The notes under the pieces are model-generated. The model worked only from the letters and a program-made list of their open reading frames with translations, did not search any database and was not told the origin of the DNA. Below, in pieces: positions 48,358-56,984 of a stretch of DNA of 64,000 nucleotides. Position numbers and translations under genes: made by a program. Source of the DNA: Armatimonadota bacterium (GTDB taxonomy: Bacteria; Armatimonadota; Zipacnadia; Zipacnadales; UBA5352); assembly GCA_050942735.1 (NCBI GenBank), contig JBMNNW010000007.1, positions 13,086 to 77,085 of the forward strand, read 5' to 3'. The number at the start of each line of letters is the position of its first letter. Position 1 is the stretch's first letter.

Positions 48358-50204
48358 GAGCCGCCCTCCCCGGAGGGCTGAGCCGGCGCCGGCGGCAGGT
48401 CGGGGTAGATGTCGAGTTCTCGCTCCCAGCGGCGAATCGCCTCCGCCCGCTGAGCATCGTCCTCCGGAAGCTGCAGCGGCCGTCCCCGCGCGTCGATGAT
48501 CAGGCCGGCCACTCCGCCCTCAAGCTCCGCCTTGACGGGCCGCCCTCGCCCCTCCCCGGCGTCAAACGAGCGCGTCGGCTCGATCGTCACCCGCACTTTC
48601 TCACCCTCGCCCAGCGTCGCGAGCCTAATGTCACCGAACGCCACGTCAATCTCCTCATCCCCCGAGGCGCGGTGCACGATCACCTTCACGCACGCAGCGC
48701 CCTCGCGCCCCCTGCCGACCGGCGCGATGCACGGGCCCAGCGGGATCAGGCAGTCCCGGTAGAACACCTCCGTCGCCGCCTGCTCGTTGACCGTGGCCAG
48801 CACGCCGAGCTGAGGCATCATGAAGATGCTGTCCACCGCCAGCCGCGTCACGCCCGCGGGCTCGAAGGCGTCGATCATCATCATCGCCGACTGGCCGCGG
48901 CGCGGCGCGTGGGAGAGCACTCCGCCCGAGCCGACGATCAGGTCCAGCGCCATCATGTCAACCAGCGTCTCCGCGCCCCCCGCGCCGAACGCGTCGGCGA
49001 TGTCTCGCTGGCGCTGCACGCCCTTGAGTTCGCTCGCCAGCATCTTGTGCTGCGCGAAGGCCAGTCGCAGCGCCTCCCGCGCTACGGCCTGCTCGACCAT
49101 CAGCCCGAGAAGCTGCTGGGGAATCGTCGTCGGACGGATCATCTTGTTGCGGATGTCATTGCCCAGCCGCCGCGGGTCGGGGTGCGCCGCCACCCAGCGG
49201 AGGATGTTGCCCAGCCCGGCCTCGGCCAGCACGTTCGAGATCGAGTAACTCATCCCGAGGTTCGCCGAGACCGTCCGGTTGAAGGTCTGCTCGAACACTG
49301 AGAAGACGTCCGTCGTCGCGCCACCGATGTCCACGCCCACGACGTTGATGCCATCGCGCGCGGCGACCGCCTCGATCAGCGCGCCCACCGCCGCCGGTGT
49401 CGGCATGATGTCCGCGTCCGCCCAGCCCATCAGCTTCGGGTAGCCCGGCGCCTGCGCCATCACATGCTCGAGGAAAAGCTCCTGAATCTCCGCGCGCGCG
49501 GGCCCGAGGTTCTCCTCCTCCATCGTCGGGCGCAGGTTCTCCACCACGGTCAACTGCGTCGCGCGCTCAAGCGCCTCCCGCACCGGCTCGCGCGCACCCT
49601 CGTTGCCCGCGAAGATCACCGGCAGCTCGTAGCCCACGCCCAGCCGCGCCTGCGGGTTGGCCGCCGCGACCAGCTCGGCCATCTCCACCACCCGCCGCAC
49701 CTCACCGCCGTCGGTTCCGCCGGAGATCAGGATCATGTCCGGACGCAGCTCGCGCATCCGCTCGATCCGCTCGTAGTCGCGGCGGCCGTCGTCGAGCGCC
49801 ACCACGTCCATCACGATCGCGCCGGCGCCCAGCGCCGCCCGCTGCGCGCTCTCGGCGGTCATCGAGCGCACCAGCCCCACGACCATCACCTGCAGACCCC
49901 CGCCCGCCGAGCTGGTGGAGACGTAAGCGTCCACGCCCTCGTCTCCGCTGTGTGGCCGGATGATCTCACCGCCGCGGATCAGCCTCCGCCCCGACAGCTC
50001 CTCGACCTCGCGCACGGCGTTGAGCACGCCGACGGTCACGTCCTCGTAGGGAGCTTCCACGGTCGTCGGCGCTTCACCGCGCACCCTCAGCCGGTACTCC
50101 CCATCAACAAGCTCGATGAGGATGGCCTTGGTGGTGGTGGAGCCGCAGTCGGTCGCGAGGACCGAGCGAAGCTGCGTGGAGTGCGACTGCGCGTACTCTG
50201 ACAC
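48354..50204 (-). CDS. glmL: GlmL/MutL-like (glutamate mutase L family) ASKHA-fold ATPase
   Basis: Phosphate-1 DCGSTTTK, SSAGGGL, SGGTDGG, MPTP, phosphate-2 DIGGATTDVFS, RTVSANLGM. Confidence 0.85.
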   Translation of the reverse strand: MSEYAQSHSTQLRSVLATDCGSTTTKAILIELVDGEYRLRVRGEAPTTVEAPYEDVTVGVLNAVREVEELSGRRLIRGGEIIRPHSGDEGVDAYVSTSSAGGGLQVMVVGLVRSMTAESAQRAALGAGAIVMDVVALDDGRRDYERIERMRELRPDMILISGGTDGGEVRRVVEMAELVAAANPQARLGVGYELPVIFAGNEGAREPVREALERATQLTVVENLRPTMEEENLGPARAEIQELFLEHVMAQAPGYPKLMGWADADIMPTPAAVGALIEAVAARDGINVVGVDIGGATTDVFSVFEQTFNRTVSANLGMSYSISNVLAEAGLGNILRWVAAHPDPRRLGNDIRNKMIRPTTIPQQLLGLMVEQAVAREALRLAFAQHKMLASELKGVQRQRDIADAFGAGGAETLVDMMALDLIVGSGGVLSHAPRRGQSAMMMIDAFEPAGVTRLAVDSIFMMPQLGVLATVNEQAATEVFYRDCLIPLGPCIAPVGRGREGAACVKVIVHRASGDEEIDVAFGDIRLATLGEGEKVRVTIEPTRSFDAGEGRGRPVKAELEGGVAGLIIDARGRPLQLPEDDAQRAEAIRRWERELDIYPDLPPAPAQPSGEGGS

Positions 50205-50276
50205 GTCGGAACGTGGTCCTTCCGGTCGATGCTGTAAGCTTCGGGGGGTGCTTCGACTCCCCGGGTCGGGATACCT

Positions 50277-50501
50277 TCATGCGCCCGGCACCGGGCCGCC
50301 GCTGTCATGCCGGGGCCCTGCGGCAGATGCAGAAGACCCTCCCGCAACGCCTGCCGGGCGGACTGAAGCCGTCCCCGTCGAGCACCTGATGTCGCAGACC
50401 CGCGGCGCCGAGCATCTGCCGCGCGGGTGCCTGAGCCGATGCGTCCACGAATGCCGGTGCGTGTTGTAGACGTCGGCGAAGTCAGGCCCGTAGATCGTCA
50501 T
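50277..50501 (-). pseudogene. Remnant of a class I SAM methyltransferase
   Basis: MTIYGPDFADVYN...RVCDIRCSTG resembles a decayed RVLDLGCGTG; frame ends after 74 aa; GAGG RBS. Confidence 0.5.
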
Positions 50502-50675
50502 GGTGCGGACCTCACGCAACGGCACAGGTCGGCGGGGAGGCCGACCTCTCCGGACGGCATGTGGAGTCCGCGGAGCGGAGAGAACTCCAGGACCTGCGAG
50601 CGAAGCGAGCAGCGTCAACGGCAACGACCTCGCGGCCGTTGCCGTTGCCGGTCACTCGCAGCCCGTCGCTCGTCG

Positions 50676-52241
50676 CTACAACACGTGCGGATCGGGGCCC
50701 TCAGCCGCCTCGCCGTGCTCGCGGGCGCGCTCGCGCAGCAGCAGCGCGTTCACCGCGTTGAGATAGGCCTGCGCGCTCGCCTCGATCACGTCGAGGCTCG
50801 CGTCCTGACCGACGGCCTCCTCATCGCCCATGCGCACGCGGATCGTCGCCTCACCCAGGGCGTCCTGTCCCCGCGTGATGCTCCGCACGCTGTAGTCGGC
50901 CATCTCAAGGTCGGGCATCCCCACGGCGTTGCGGATCGCATCGGTCACCGCGTCCACCGGCCCGTTCCCGTGGCCCACCTGCGTGATCGTGTCCCCGTTG
51001 CGGCGCAGCACCACCAGGCCCATCGGCTCGAGCCGGGTCCCCGTCGCCACCTGCACGCGCTCGAGGTGCCAGACCTCCGGCATCCCCTCCGTCGAGGCCT
51101 GCCGCATGATCACGTGCAGGTCCTCGTCGTACACGCGCTTCTTCCGGTCGGCGACGGCGAGGAATCGCTCGTAGACCTCCTCCATGTCCTCCTGCGAGAC
51201 CGCGTAGCCGAGCTTCTCCAGCCGACTGCGCAGGCCGTGCTTGCCCGAGCGAGGCCCGAGTGTGAAGACCGACTCGGTCAACCCGACGTCCTCGGGCCGC
51301 ATGATCTCGTAGGTCTGCCGATCCTGGATCATCCCGTGCTGGTGGATCCCCGCCTCGTGCGCGAACGCGTTCGCGCCGACGATCGCCTTGTTCGGCTGCA
51401 CAACGAAGCCGGTGAGCGTGGAGACCATCCGCGAGGTGTTCATGATCTCCTGCGTGTTGATGTTCGTGTCCGCGTCGAACTCATCGCCGCGGGTGCGCAG
51501 CGCCATCACGATCTCTTCGAGCGAGGCGTTGCCCGCGCGCTCGCCGATACCGTTGACGGTGCACTCGACCTGCCCCGCACCGGCCCGAACGGCGGCCAGC
51601 GAGTTCGCCACCGACATCCCGAGGTCGTCGTGGCAGTGCACCGAGATCACCGCGTCGTGGATGTTCGGCACATGCTCGAAGAGGTAGCCGATCGTCTCAT
51701 ACATCTGCCACGGCGTCGCGTAGCCGACCGTGTCGGGGATGTTGACGGTCTTCGCCCCGGCCTCGATGACGGCCTCGACAACGTCGCGGAGGTACTCCAG
51801 CCGAGTGCGCAACGCATCCTCGGCGGAGAACTCGACATCGTCGCAGAGGCTGCAGGCGAGCGTCACCCCGTCCACGGCCATCTGCAGCACCTCCGCCTCG
51901 GTCTTGCCGAAACGCTTCTCAACGTGGACCTTCGAGGTGCCGATGAAGGTGTGGATGCGCGGCTTCTCGCCGTGCCGAACCGCCTCCCAGCAGCGCTCGA
52001 TGTCCTTTGGCAGCGCCCTCGCCAGGCCGGCCACCGACGGCCCCCTGACCTCCTGCGCGATGGCCTTCACCGACTCGAAGTCCTCCGGCGATGAGATCGG
52101 AAAGCCCGCCTCGATGACGTCAACGTTCAGGCGCGCGAGCTGGCGGGCGAGCTGAATCTTCGCGCTGTGGTCCATGGAGGCGCCCGGCGCCTGCTCACCG
52201 TCGCGCAACGTCGTGTCGAAGATCGTGATTGATCGTGGCAT
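50676..52241 (-). CDS. leuA: 2-isopropylmalate synthase
   Basis: FDTTLRDGEQ, EAGFP, PDTVG, HCHDD, GERAGN, HEAGIHQ, regulatory domain GNGPVDA; AGGAGG RBS. Confidence 0.97.
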   Translation of the reverse strand: MPRSITIFDTTLRDGEQAPGASMDHSAKIQLARQLARLNVDVIEAGFPISSPEDFESVKAIAQEVRGPSVAGLARALPKDIERCWEAVRHGEKPRIHTFIGTSKVHVEKRFGKTEAEVLQMAVDGVTLACSLCDDVEFSAEDALRTRLEYLRDVVEAVIEAGAKTVNIPDTVGYATPWQMYETIGYLFEHVPNIHDAVISVHCHDDLGMSVANSLAAVRAGAGQVECTVNGIGERAGNASLEEIVMALRTRGDEFDADTNINTQEIMNTSRMVSTLTGFVVQPNKAIVGANAFAHEAGIHQHGMIQDRQTYEIMRPEDVGLTESVFTLGPRSGKHGLRSRLEKLGYAVSQEDMEEVYERFLAVADRKKRVYDEDLHVIMRQASTEGMPEVWHLERVQVATGTRLEPMGLVVLRRNGDTITQVGHGNGPVDAVTDAIRNAVGMPDLEMADYSVRSITRGQDALGEATIRVRMGDEEAVGQDASLDVIEASAQAYLNAVNALLLRERAREHGEAAEGPDPHVL

Positions 52242-52300
52242 GTGAGACTGCCTCCTGTGTGCGGAACGTGAGATACGCGTACTCGTGCCGGGATGCGCCT

Positions 52301-52384
52301 TCAGCGCCGAGGGTGGCCGGCACGGGGCCACCCGCCCGCTGCGTCAGAGGACGCAAGCCTTAGGTCAAGCTCAGGATCGTCCAT
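52301..52384 (-). CDS. Candidate 27-aa leader peptide in the leuA 5' region
   Basis: GGGAGGT RBS; MDDPELDLRLASSDAAGGWPRAGHPRR with Leu codons CTT, CTA, CTT. Confidence 0.3.
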   Translation of the reverse strand: MDDPELDLRLASSDAAGGWPRAGHPRR

Positions 52385-52500
52385 GCGGCCACCTCCCTGT
52401 CAGTGTTCACCGACCGGCATCCAGCGGCAGGCTCAGGCACGGCAACGACGACGGCACACGGCACGACCCCCGCCTGCCTTCCTGCTGGTAGCTGCCGTTA

Positions 52501-52890
52501 AACTCAAAAACCTCCATCTCATCGCGCTTTCGCGCTAAGAGACGGAGGCAGTGAATGCTGTCCGCGGTACCACTCTCATTGGCTGCCGATGGCAGCCCAC
52601 TCATCCGGCGCGGCGAGTGTCCCGATGGTTCGGGAGTTGACCATCCGATGCAGCCTCGGCGGTCCTCGCGATGCCGTCCTCAGGGTAACGGTCGAGGTCT
52701 CCGGCGCCACCTACTGGGCGAACGATGCCTCTGCATCGCCCACCGTTCCGCGCGCGACTCCGGGGCCAGTTCAGCGGTTGGCGGCGGTCGCCTTCCAGCC
52801 AGGGCCTGCGTCGACCACCGGGCGACCTCTCTTAATGGTCCCAAGGACCATCCGCCGCGTCTGCGCGTACTACTCCCCATCATCGTCTTT
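52501..52890 (-). ncRNA. T-box riboswitch, Leu (CUG specifier), transcription-termination type
   Basis: Stem I GACGATGATGGGGAGTAGTA...AGAGAG...GGCTGGAAG...GAA-CTG (52769-52767); AGTAG/CCGTTA stem II elements; T-box AATGAGAGTGGTACCGCG (52580-52563); terminator CCTCCGTCTC...GAGATGGAGG-TTTTT. Confidence 0.92.
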
Positions 52891-52926
52891 GGCGCACATC
52901 CGTGCGCTGCGACCGATTGTGCTGGC

Positions 52927-52955
52927 ATTGTAGAGCGCGGAGCGGATTGTGTCAA
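52927..52955 (-). promoter_or_regulatory. Sigma70 promoter for the T-box/leuA transcript
   Basis: TTGACA-17 nt-TACAAT. Confidence 0.85.
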
Positions 52956-53217
52956 GATAGTCGTGGTCCAGGGGTGTGAGTCTCGATCGTCGGTGCGGGC
53001 GCACCAATCACAGAGATGCCTCCGATCGCGCATGCCGGGTGCCGGTGCTGGACGGGCCGCTCGCCCGGGCGGCCCGTCGTTGCGGATGTCTGCAGGTTGC
53101 CTGTCATATACTCACGAGGATTCCGGTCGAGAAGCACCGGAGGAGCCGTGCGCGATTGGCGAGACGAAGGCCTCCCGGCAGGTCCCTCCCGTCCGCGTGT
53201 GGAAGTCACGGGCCAGT

Positions 53218-53976
53218 ATGAGCCCACATGAGCCGAGACGCTATCGCAGACTCGTCACACCTGAGGGCCTTGTCGCCTTCGAAGTCGCCGTCGGAGAGAC
53301 CGATCTGATGGTCCTCGCCGAGCGAGACCTCCGCACAGAAGCCCGCGACGCCGCCCGAGCGGTCCGGCGGCAGATCGAGAGCCACGCCGCGCTGCATCCC
53401 CAGTTCCTCAGCGCCCGCGCGCCTCTGCCCACTCCCGAGCGAGCGGGCGAGATCGTTGCCGCCATGTACCGCGCCGGTCGCATCGCGGGGACCGGCCCGA
53501 TGGCCGCCGTCGCGGGGACGGTCGCCGAGCATGTCGCGAGAGCGCTCGCCGAGCACAGCGCCGAGGTCATCGTCGAGAACGGCGGCGACCTCTTCGTCAT
53601 CACGCGGCGGGAGCGCCTGGTGGCCGTGACGGCGCCGGGATCGCCCATGGATGGCCGCATCGCGCTGGCAGTCCCTGCCGGCGAGCGCGCCATCTGCACC
53701 TCCTCGGGCACCGTCGGGCACTCGGCCAGCGCCGGTCGAGCCGACGCGGTGGTCATCGCCGCGGCCGAGGGCGCGGTCGCCGACGCGGTCGCAACCGCAA
53801 CCGCGAACCGCGTCGCGCGTCCCGAGGATGTCGAGGGCGCCATCGACTGGGCGCGCGGGCGCGCCGAACTGCAGCACATTCTGATCGTCTGCGGCGACGC
53901 GGTCGGCGCGTGGGGGCAGTTCGAGCTGCGCAGCGCCGGGCGCGGACAGGCGCCGGGGGCGGAAGACGGTGTTTGA
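53218..53976 (+). CDS. UPF0280 (ApbE-like) family protein
   Basis: VGETDL, GPMAAVAG, VENGGD, CTSSGTVGHS, ADAVATA.AN. Confidence 0.9.
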   Translation: MSPHEPRRYRRLVTPEGLVAFEVAVGETDLMVLAERDLRTEARDAARAVRRQIESHAALHPQFLSARAPLPTPERAGEIVAAMYRAGRIAGTGPMAAVAGTVAEHVARALAEHSAEVIVENGGDLFVITRRERLVAVTAPGSPMDGRIALAVPAGERAICTSSGTVGHSASAGRADAVVIAAAEGAVADAVATATANRVARPEDVEGAIDWARGRAELQHILIVCGDAVGAWGQFELRSAGRGQAPGAEDGV

Positions 53977-54781
53977 CAGCCTGCTGCTCAGCGGGATGCT
54001 GCTGAGCCTGCTTGCGGGCCTCTCCACGGTGATCGGCGCACTTATCGCACTCATCGCGACGGCGAGAGGCCGTCTGAGCAGACGCTGGCTCTCCGGCCTG
54101 CTGGGCCTCGCGGCGGGCGTGATGATCGCCGTCTCATTCGTCGAACTCTACCCCGGATCGGTCGAGGAGATCGGGCTGATCCGCGCCAGCATCGCGTTCT
54201 TCCTCGGCTTCGGCGCCATCTTCCTTGTCGATGTGCTGGTGCCGCATGACTACCAGACGGAGCGGACGAGCAACTCCGACCCCTGCCCACTTCCCGAGTG
54301 GCCGCCACCGGATGAGGAGGACATCGCGGTCTGCCGCGAGCGCACCGGGATCCTGACGGCGTTTGGGATCGCGATCCACAACCTCCCGGAGGGCATCGTG
54401 ATCGTCGCGGGCACAGCCGCCTCCATCGAGCTTGGCATCCTGCTTGCGGTCGCGATCGCGATGCACAACATCCCCGAGGGGATAGCCGTCGCGGTGCCGA
54501 TCGTTGAATCGACCGGCAACAAAGCGAAGGCCGTGTGGTACACGTTCCTGTCGGGGATGGCCGAGCCGCTCGGTGCGCTGCTGGGAGCGCTGATCCTGCA
54601 GCCCTACCTGACCCCGGGGGTGATCGAGGGGGTGCTGGCGGCGGTCGCGGGTGTGATGGTCTTCATCGGCCTCGACGAACTGCTGCCGACAGCCCATCGC
54701 TACGGCGAGGAGCACGCGACCACCGTGGGGGTGCTCGCGGGCATGATCGTGATGGTCGTGACGCTGGCGATTCTTGGCTGA
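53969..54781 (+). CDS. zupT: ZIP family metal transporter
   Basis: AAGVM, IHNLPEG, MHNIPEG, SGMAEP, LDELLP. Confidence 0.92.
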   Translation: MFDSLLLSGMLLSLLAGLSTVIGALIALIATARGRLSRRWLSGLLGLAAGVMIAVSFVELYPGSVEEIGLIRASIAFFLGFGAIFLVDVLVPHDYQTERTSNSDPCPLPEWPPPDEEDIAVCRERTGILTAFGIAIHNLPEGIVIVAGTAASIELGILLAVAIAMHNIPEGIAVAVPIVESTGNKAKAVWYTFLSGMAEPLGALLGALILQPYLTPGVIEGVLAAVAGVMVFIGLDELLPTAHRYGEEHATTVGVLAGMIVMVVTLAILG

Positions 54782-54793
54782 AAGGAGCGACCG

Positions 54794-55546
54794 ATGGACC
54801 CGGCACTTCAATACGGGCTGCTGCTGAGCCTTTTCGCCGGACTGGCAACGACAGTCGGCGCGGCGATCGCCTTCGTGGTCAGACACTTCTCCAACCGCGC
54901 ACTGTCGGCGCTGCTTGGAGTCGCCGCCGGGGTCATGATCGCGGTCTCGCTGCTCGAACTCTACCCCGAGGCGGAGGAGCGGATCGGCGGCGGCGCCACG
55001 GCCGTGGCGTTCTTCATCGGGTTCGGCCTCATCTTCCTCGTGGACGTGCTTGTCCCGCATTCATACGAAGTCGGCGACGATGAGCCGGAGGATGCGCGCC
55101 TGCATCGCACGGGCGTGTTGACGGCGCTTGGGATCGCGATCCACAACTTCCCGGAGGGGCTGGTAGTACTCTCGGGAGCGGCCGTCTCGCCGGAGCTTGG
55201 CATCACGCTCGCGATCGCGGTGGCGATCCACAATATCCCCGAGGGCATCGCCGTGGCCGTGCCAATCACCGCCGCGACGGGGAAGAGAAAGCTCGCGTTC
55301 TGGTACGCGTTCCTCTCGGGGATGGCCGAGCCGTTCGGAGCGCTCCTCGGGGCCCTGGTGCTGATGCACGTGATGACGCCGGTGGTGATGGGATGGGTGC
55401 TCGCCGCCGTCGCGGGGCTGATGGTCTTCATCAGTCTCGATGAGCTGCTCCCCGCGGCGAATCGCTACGGGGAGGAACACTGGGCGACACTCGGCGTGGT
55501 ATGCGGCCTCGCGGTGATGATCGCCACGCTGGTGCTGCTGCACTGA
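54794..55546 (+). CDS. zupT: ZIP family metal transporter (tandem paralog)
   Basis: IHNFPEG, IHNIPEG, SGMAEP, LDELLP. Confidence 0.92.
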   Translation: MDPALQYGLLLSLFAGLATTVGAAIAFVVRHFSNRALSALLGVAAGVMIAVSLLELYPEAEERIGGGATAVAFFIGFGLIFLVDVLVPHSYEVGDDEPEDARLHRTGVLTALGIAIHNFPEGLVVLSGAAVSPELGITLAIAVAIHNIPEGIAVAVPITAATGKRKLAFWYAFLSGMAEPFGALLGALVLMHVMTPVVMGWVLAAVAGLMVFISLDELLPAANRYGEEHWATLGVVCGLAVMIATLVLLH

Positions 55547-55744
55547 TGCTCAGTCCGCTCGGGGGGGGGCGCCCGGACCATGTGGGTGACGCCAACGGCG
55601 ACCTCCCCCGCCTGACGCATGTCGTGTGCGCGTCCAGGGGGAGGAGCCAACCCCGAGCGCAGCGAGCGGGTCGGGGTGAGGCCGACGTGAGCCCTGGCCC
55701 CGGCAACCTGCACAAGTCGGTCAGCCCCTTGCTCGGGGCCGATC

Positions 55745-55773
55745 TTGACCGCACCGGGACCATTCACTATAAT
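55745..55773 (+). promoter_or_regulatory. Sigma70 promoter
   Basis: TTGACC-17 nt-TATAAT. Confidence 0.78.
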
Positions 55774-55990
55774 ACGTGCGGGAAGGTGCAGCTCTAATCC
55801 CCGCGACCGAACCGCTCCGAATCGAACGGGGCGCGGAATGGACGAAGCATGGATCGACAACGGCATCATCTGCGCGGGTGCGCTGGCGGTATTGTCGGGC
55901 TGTCGACTGCAATTGGCGAGGCCCCGTGTAAGCGCGGCCACCGGTCCGCCAATACCCCCCCACTAACCCACTTCTGAAAGGGGTCGTCTC

Positions 55991-56770
55991 ATGTCCAACG
56001 AGGAGCGGAACGACGAGATGGTTGACGAGACCTCCGACGCAGAAGACATCGAAGCCACCGACGACATCGAAGACACTGAAGCCACCGAAGAGCCCTACAG
56101 CTACACCAGCAGCGAGTCCCGCCGTTCGGGGGGAAGCAGCGCCGGCATCTGGGTGATCATAATCCTCGTGATTGTCGCCCTGATCGGCGTCGGATGGTAC
56201 CAGTGGAACCAGACCCAGCGGCAACAGGCCGAGCAGGCGCGGGTGGAACGAGAGCAGACGCGCGAACGCCAGATGCAGACGGTCGTCGCCGGCCTCCCCG
56301 AGGCTGAGTCCGCTCTCGCCGCCGGCAACATCGATGTCATGGTCGATCGCCTGAAAGAGATGGATGAGAAGATGGCGATCATCGCCGCCGCCGCCAACCA
56401 GGCCGGCGACGTCGAGGCGGCCCAGCGCATCACCGCACAGCGCAAGACCGTGCAGAATGCCATCGAGGAACTCGCTCCTGTCTACGAGGAGATCCAGGCG
56501 AAGCGGGCCGAACTGAGGGCGCTTGAGGACAAGCTCAAGAGCACGGCACAGTCGAGCCTTGAGAGCGTCCGCGGCACCTTCGGAGAGCCGCCCGCGGAGC
56601 CCGGCGCTGAGGAGCCTGCGGTCGAGGAACCGGTCGCCGATGAGCCCGCGTCCGAGGACGAGGCCGCCGAAGCGGAGGAGCCGGCCGAGGAAGCCTCCGC
56701 GGACGATGAGAGCGCCGATGACGCAGAGCAGGCCCCTGAGGAAGAGGACGCGGACGAGGACGCCGAGTAG
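55991..56770 (+). CDS. Single-TM coiled-coil protein with acidic termini
   Basis: Acidic N-terminus, one TM, helical domain, E/A/P-rich tail. Confidence 0.82.
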   Translation: MSNEERNDEMVDETSDAEDIEATDDIEDTEATEEPYSYTSSESRRSGGSSAGIWVIIILVIVALIGVGWYQWNQTQRQQAEQARVEREQTRERQMQTVVAGLPEAESALAAGNIDVMVDRLKEMDEKMAIIAAAANQAGDVEAAQRITAQRKTVQNAIEELAPVYEEIQAKRAELRALEDKLKSTAQSSLESVRGTFGEPPAEPGAEEPAVEEPVADEPASEDEAAEAEEPAEEASADDESADDAEQAPEEEDADEDAE

Positions 56771-56984
56771 GCCCCCCGAACGCTCGGCAGCTGTGAACTC
56801 CGGCCACCATCGGGCGCGGTGCGCCAGCATCGCGCCCGACAGGTCGCCGCGGTTCGGACCGGTCGCCGCCGCCGAAAAGGCGGGGCATCATAGTGTACGC
56901 TCCCTCCAATGAGGACCGGTGGCCCGGCGGACACTCCCACCGCACCCGCTACCCGTCCATTCAGAAGCCGAGGATAGGCGATAG

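Noticed and set aside
48354-50204. DNA mismatch repair MutL
   Set aside because: Name overlap only; the protein has ASKHA motifs, not GHKL motifs.
52407-53033. Short ORFs and an apparent stop-riddled pseudogene upstream of leuA
   Set aside because: The region is explained by the promoter, T-box and terminator.
55825-55965. Possible tmRNA or cobalamin/c-di-AMP riboswitch
   Set aside because: No tRNA-like 3' end or tag reading frame, and the conserved riboswitch cores are incomplete.
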